Below are positions 60,911 to 64,000 of a DNA stretch of 64,000 nucleotides, one piece after another. Location of the stretch: contig NC_043019.1 in NCBI RefSeq assembly GCF_006345805.1, forward strand, positions 20,955,360 to 21,019,359, given 5' to 3'. Under the pieces are notes generated by a model. The model made no database searches. It worked only from the letters and a program-made list of their open reading frames with translations, and was not told the DNA's origin. Made by a program: the position numbers and the translations under genes. This DNA is from Octopus sinensis (Eukaryota). Positions within the stretch are counted from its first letter, which is position 1. Every line of letters starts with the position of its first letter.

Positions 60911-61889
60911 TACATACACACACACACACGTGTATACACAAAACCATTTCTTTTTCTCCTCCCATCTTCTGTCTCTGTATTGATATTTATATATATTAAT
61001 CACACACATGTGTACACGCGTATTAGCCGTCTGTATATACACACACACATACGCATGTACATTCACGCACATACATACAACATACATACACGCACACAAT
61101 TTCGCATATTTTCTCTGCTGTGACCCTTAAGCCCTTCGCGAAGAGGAAGGTGGCAAGAAATAGCGGTCAGGTCTCTGAAACGACACTCTAATCATCAATT
61201 AAAAGAAAAGAAAAAACAAAAAGACACGGTGAATAATGCAGTTGCAAATAAAGAACTATAACCGAGCATAAGACAGGATAGTCGTGGCTGGATTGCCCTT
61301 GAGCACAGATCTACTCTGCTAGGGCTGACTCGCCGTTAAACAACATGGTTAACGCAATTTCCAAGACGTCATCTATCATCGAATAGAGTTCTTTTTTTCA
61401 CCTGTCCATCTTGTTCCTTTTTCTCATTTTGTTTGACCATCTTTCATCAACAATCCACACCAAGTTTTCTCTTTTGTCTCTCTCTCTCTCCTTCTCTTTT
61501 CTGTCGCCATTCTTTGGTTCTTTATTATGGTGTGTAATACGAGGGACAGACAGAATAACCTACCAAACGGAAGGAATCTCTACGTGGTCAAATTATCCTG
61601 TTGAAATAGCAGCTAAGTCCTAATCATTACACTCCACCCTGCACCACTTGTTAAAACGAGCTGAAGAGATTTCAGATATATTATAATGGTTGCATTTGGA
61701 TAAACTTAAGTATGGATATACGATGCCGAAATTTAAAGACGAGATGGCTACAGCTGGAATAATCGCAACAGCAACAGCAACAACACGGTCACGTCAGTCA
61801 AAGACGAAGCTAGAAACAATAATCGAATCTATCTCAAATCACAGCTTTATTTTTAACCCATGAAGGATAACCTGGTTCCCTACTGTACT

Positions 61890-61932
<43 letters not shown>

Positions 61933-62063
61933 CAGGGTGTCCCCAAAAAATGTATACACACCTTAAATAATTGTAAATTTGTTATTCTTTGTAAGCCTAG
62001 TACTTATTCTATCGTTCTATTTTGCCGAACCACTATGTGTATACATTTTTTTGGGACACCCTG
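61933..62063. mobile_element. Tc1/mariner-type MITE (131 bp) with a SINE A fragment inside
   Basis: TA|CAGGGTGTCCC..TGTATACACA 28-bp TIRs (1 mismatch)|TA; 61982-62034 matches the family A minus strand. Confidence 0.85.
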
Positions 62064-63929
62064 TATATATATATGATGGAAGGGTTGCGGGCTGGAACGT
62101 CTTCGTGATTGGTAAGGTCAGTTCAATCACGGTCGGGGGTTTGAAGAAGCGCAACACAAAGGGCAAGATTGAACACGGCAGTGTACTTTTGCATAATAGC
62201 AAAAAAAAAAAAAAAAAAAAAAGTACTGTATGTGTTCAGAACTGGAGATACCTTTTGATTTTAACTTACTCGGTCAGGGCTGACCTGGGGCTAAACTAAA
62301 CAACTTCCAACTACAGCAATAATATCAACAGCCAAGGAAGTGCTTTTTATTTTTATTTTTTTTGTTTGTAGTGGTGGTGGTGGTGGTGGGGACACAGGTA
62401 AAAGACGCGCGGTTTTTTTTTTGTTTGGTTTTCACCTGATACTCGTTAGATTAGTGTTATTGACGTAGTGAACAAACATTACTCTCTCTCTCTGCCTCAC
62501 CTTTCTTTCTCTGATTCTCTCTCTCTCTCTCTCTCTGTCTATGTTGGCCGAACTGACATCCGACGAAAGGCGTTCCAGCCACGACTATCATCGACCAGAC
62601 TGCATCATCTTAATGTTGTTTCTTCGTGTTTTCTAACTGAACGGTCAGGTGTGATTTGAACATGATTTGGCTGCCGTTTCTAGCAGATCAAGTGACCACA
62701 TTAGCTTCGCCGCTGTTGGCTCTTCACTCCCTCTCTACATTAGTCCCTGGTTAGCCCTGACTGACATATCAATCGTGATAATCTTTATTTTTTTATTATT
62801 ATTCTGCCTTATGGCTATGATCACATTATTATTATTATTATTATTAGTAGTAGTAGTAGTAACTTGGGTTTCATTATCCAGTGTGCTCCATTTTAAGATA
62901 GCAGAATTGTGATTGGAAAAAACATTTGGCTGCTACTTCTAGCATTTCGAACTGCCGCGTATATGCTCTCAGTTTCTGTTCGTCTAGATGGAATTTTCGG
63001 TGTCATCTCTTTTGCTCTCTCTATCTATCTTAACTCACCCCTCTCTTCTCTCTGTCTTTCTATTCTCTTGGTGTTTATTTCTCACACTCACTCTAGATGT
63101 TTATCTCTGTTTCTCTCCTCTCTCTCTCTCTTTACGTTGCTCTCTGTTTCTCTTTTGAGTGTTTCCCTTAGTGTATTTATTACTTCCTCTGTTTTTCTAC
63201 CCCCCTTTGTCTCTAACTCTTGGATAAACCCAGAAACCCTTGCCTTAAGTCTAGTTTCTACATACTTATGAGTCAATGAGGGAGTCTGCGTAGTCGCTCG
63301 ACTTACAAGTAATAGCAACTATATCTCCCTCGAATTACTACATCTATGGCAGGAAACCTAGACGTATGCAAACAGGCTGAGTGGCCACAGCTAGGGTGCC
63401 CTTTTTTTTACAACTTTGCTCAAGTACCAACAACCACCAGTCACCGGGACTGTCCCTATTTTCGTTTTGCTAACAATTGTAGCCAAATCTCCCTCAAATC
63501 TGGCGTTTCCATCTTAGAGATATGTCCCTGTTCTTAGTCGGAAAAATTAAAGGATAGAAAAATAAAACTGAAAGGAGGCGACTGTATGTAGTGTCTTTGC
63601 TCTTAGGCCTACTCCAGCTGACCTGACCAGGAGCTTATAACGACAACAATCAGTTTACCAGTTTGTCTACATTGAAAATTCTAATTAAGAGAGAAGAAAG
63701 TTTGTCAAATTAGGGTCACCAGAATGAGAACAGGTAGCGAGAACCGAGTGTTTAGTCCCCCCCCCATTGTCTTTGTATCTGCGAAGTTTTGTAATTATAG
63801 AACTGTGAATGTAGGAATATTAATTATTATTAAATGGCCTAACTTGCTTGCTTGAATTCTTGCGCTAACTGAAAATTAAAGAAATTATTTATAATGTTTT
63901 AAATCTTGTAAGACAATTATCTAAACCAT

Positions 63930-63958
63930 TTTATTTCTTTTCTCTCTCTGTCTTTCAG
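63930..63958 (+). promoter_or_regulatory. Strong 3' splice acceptor-like site
   Basis: TTTATTTCTTTTCTCTCTCTGTCTTTCAG, with CTAAC at 63865-63869. Confidence 0.4.
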
Positions 63959-64000
63959 TAGTATATGTTATTATTGGAGATATAAAGTGCACGTTTGCAA

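Overview
AT-rich, repeat-dominated eukaryotic genomic DNA with one 100-N scaffold gap (2516-2615). The SINE families, microsatellite load and TE mix point to an octopod cephalopod (Octopus-like); this is inference from recalled repeat families, not a database result. Host genes: (1) one uninterrupted 668-codon minus-strand ORF (8771-10777) encoding a BTB-BACK protein with a highly degenerate Kelch-like C-terminus, preceded by a good splice acceptor; (2) a probable first coding exon on the plus strand (60029-60092) encoding a signal peptide and ending in a phase-1 GTAAG donor, with a candidate core promoter upstream. The rest is mostly tRNA-derived SINEs (at least five families, labelled A-E here), degraded LINEs (CR1, RTE, an AP-endonuclease fragment, a CRE-like restriction-endonuclease element), Penelope-like elements, LTR remnants, MITEs (piggyBac, hAT, Tc1/mariner and two GG-ended 8/9-bp-TSD types) and long microsatellites. 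Nearly all short ORFs in the track are artefacts of these repeats. No prokaryotic-type system is present and I cannot support a wholly new biological system. Best leads: several different minimal hammerhead-ribozyme-like motifs tied to Penelope remnants, a SINE that forms the same 184-bp tandem unit at two loci (possible self-targeting), a tRNA-Tyr 5' half captured at a SINE truncation junction, and the CRE-like remnant. All translations, folds and coordinates were done by eye; repeat boundaries without TSDs or TIRs are approximate.
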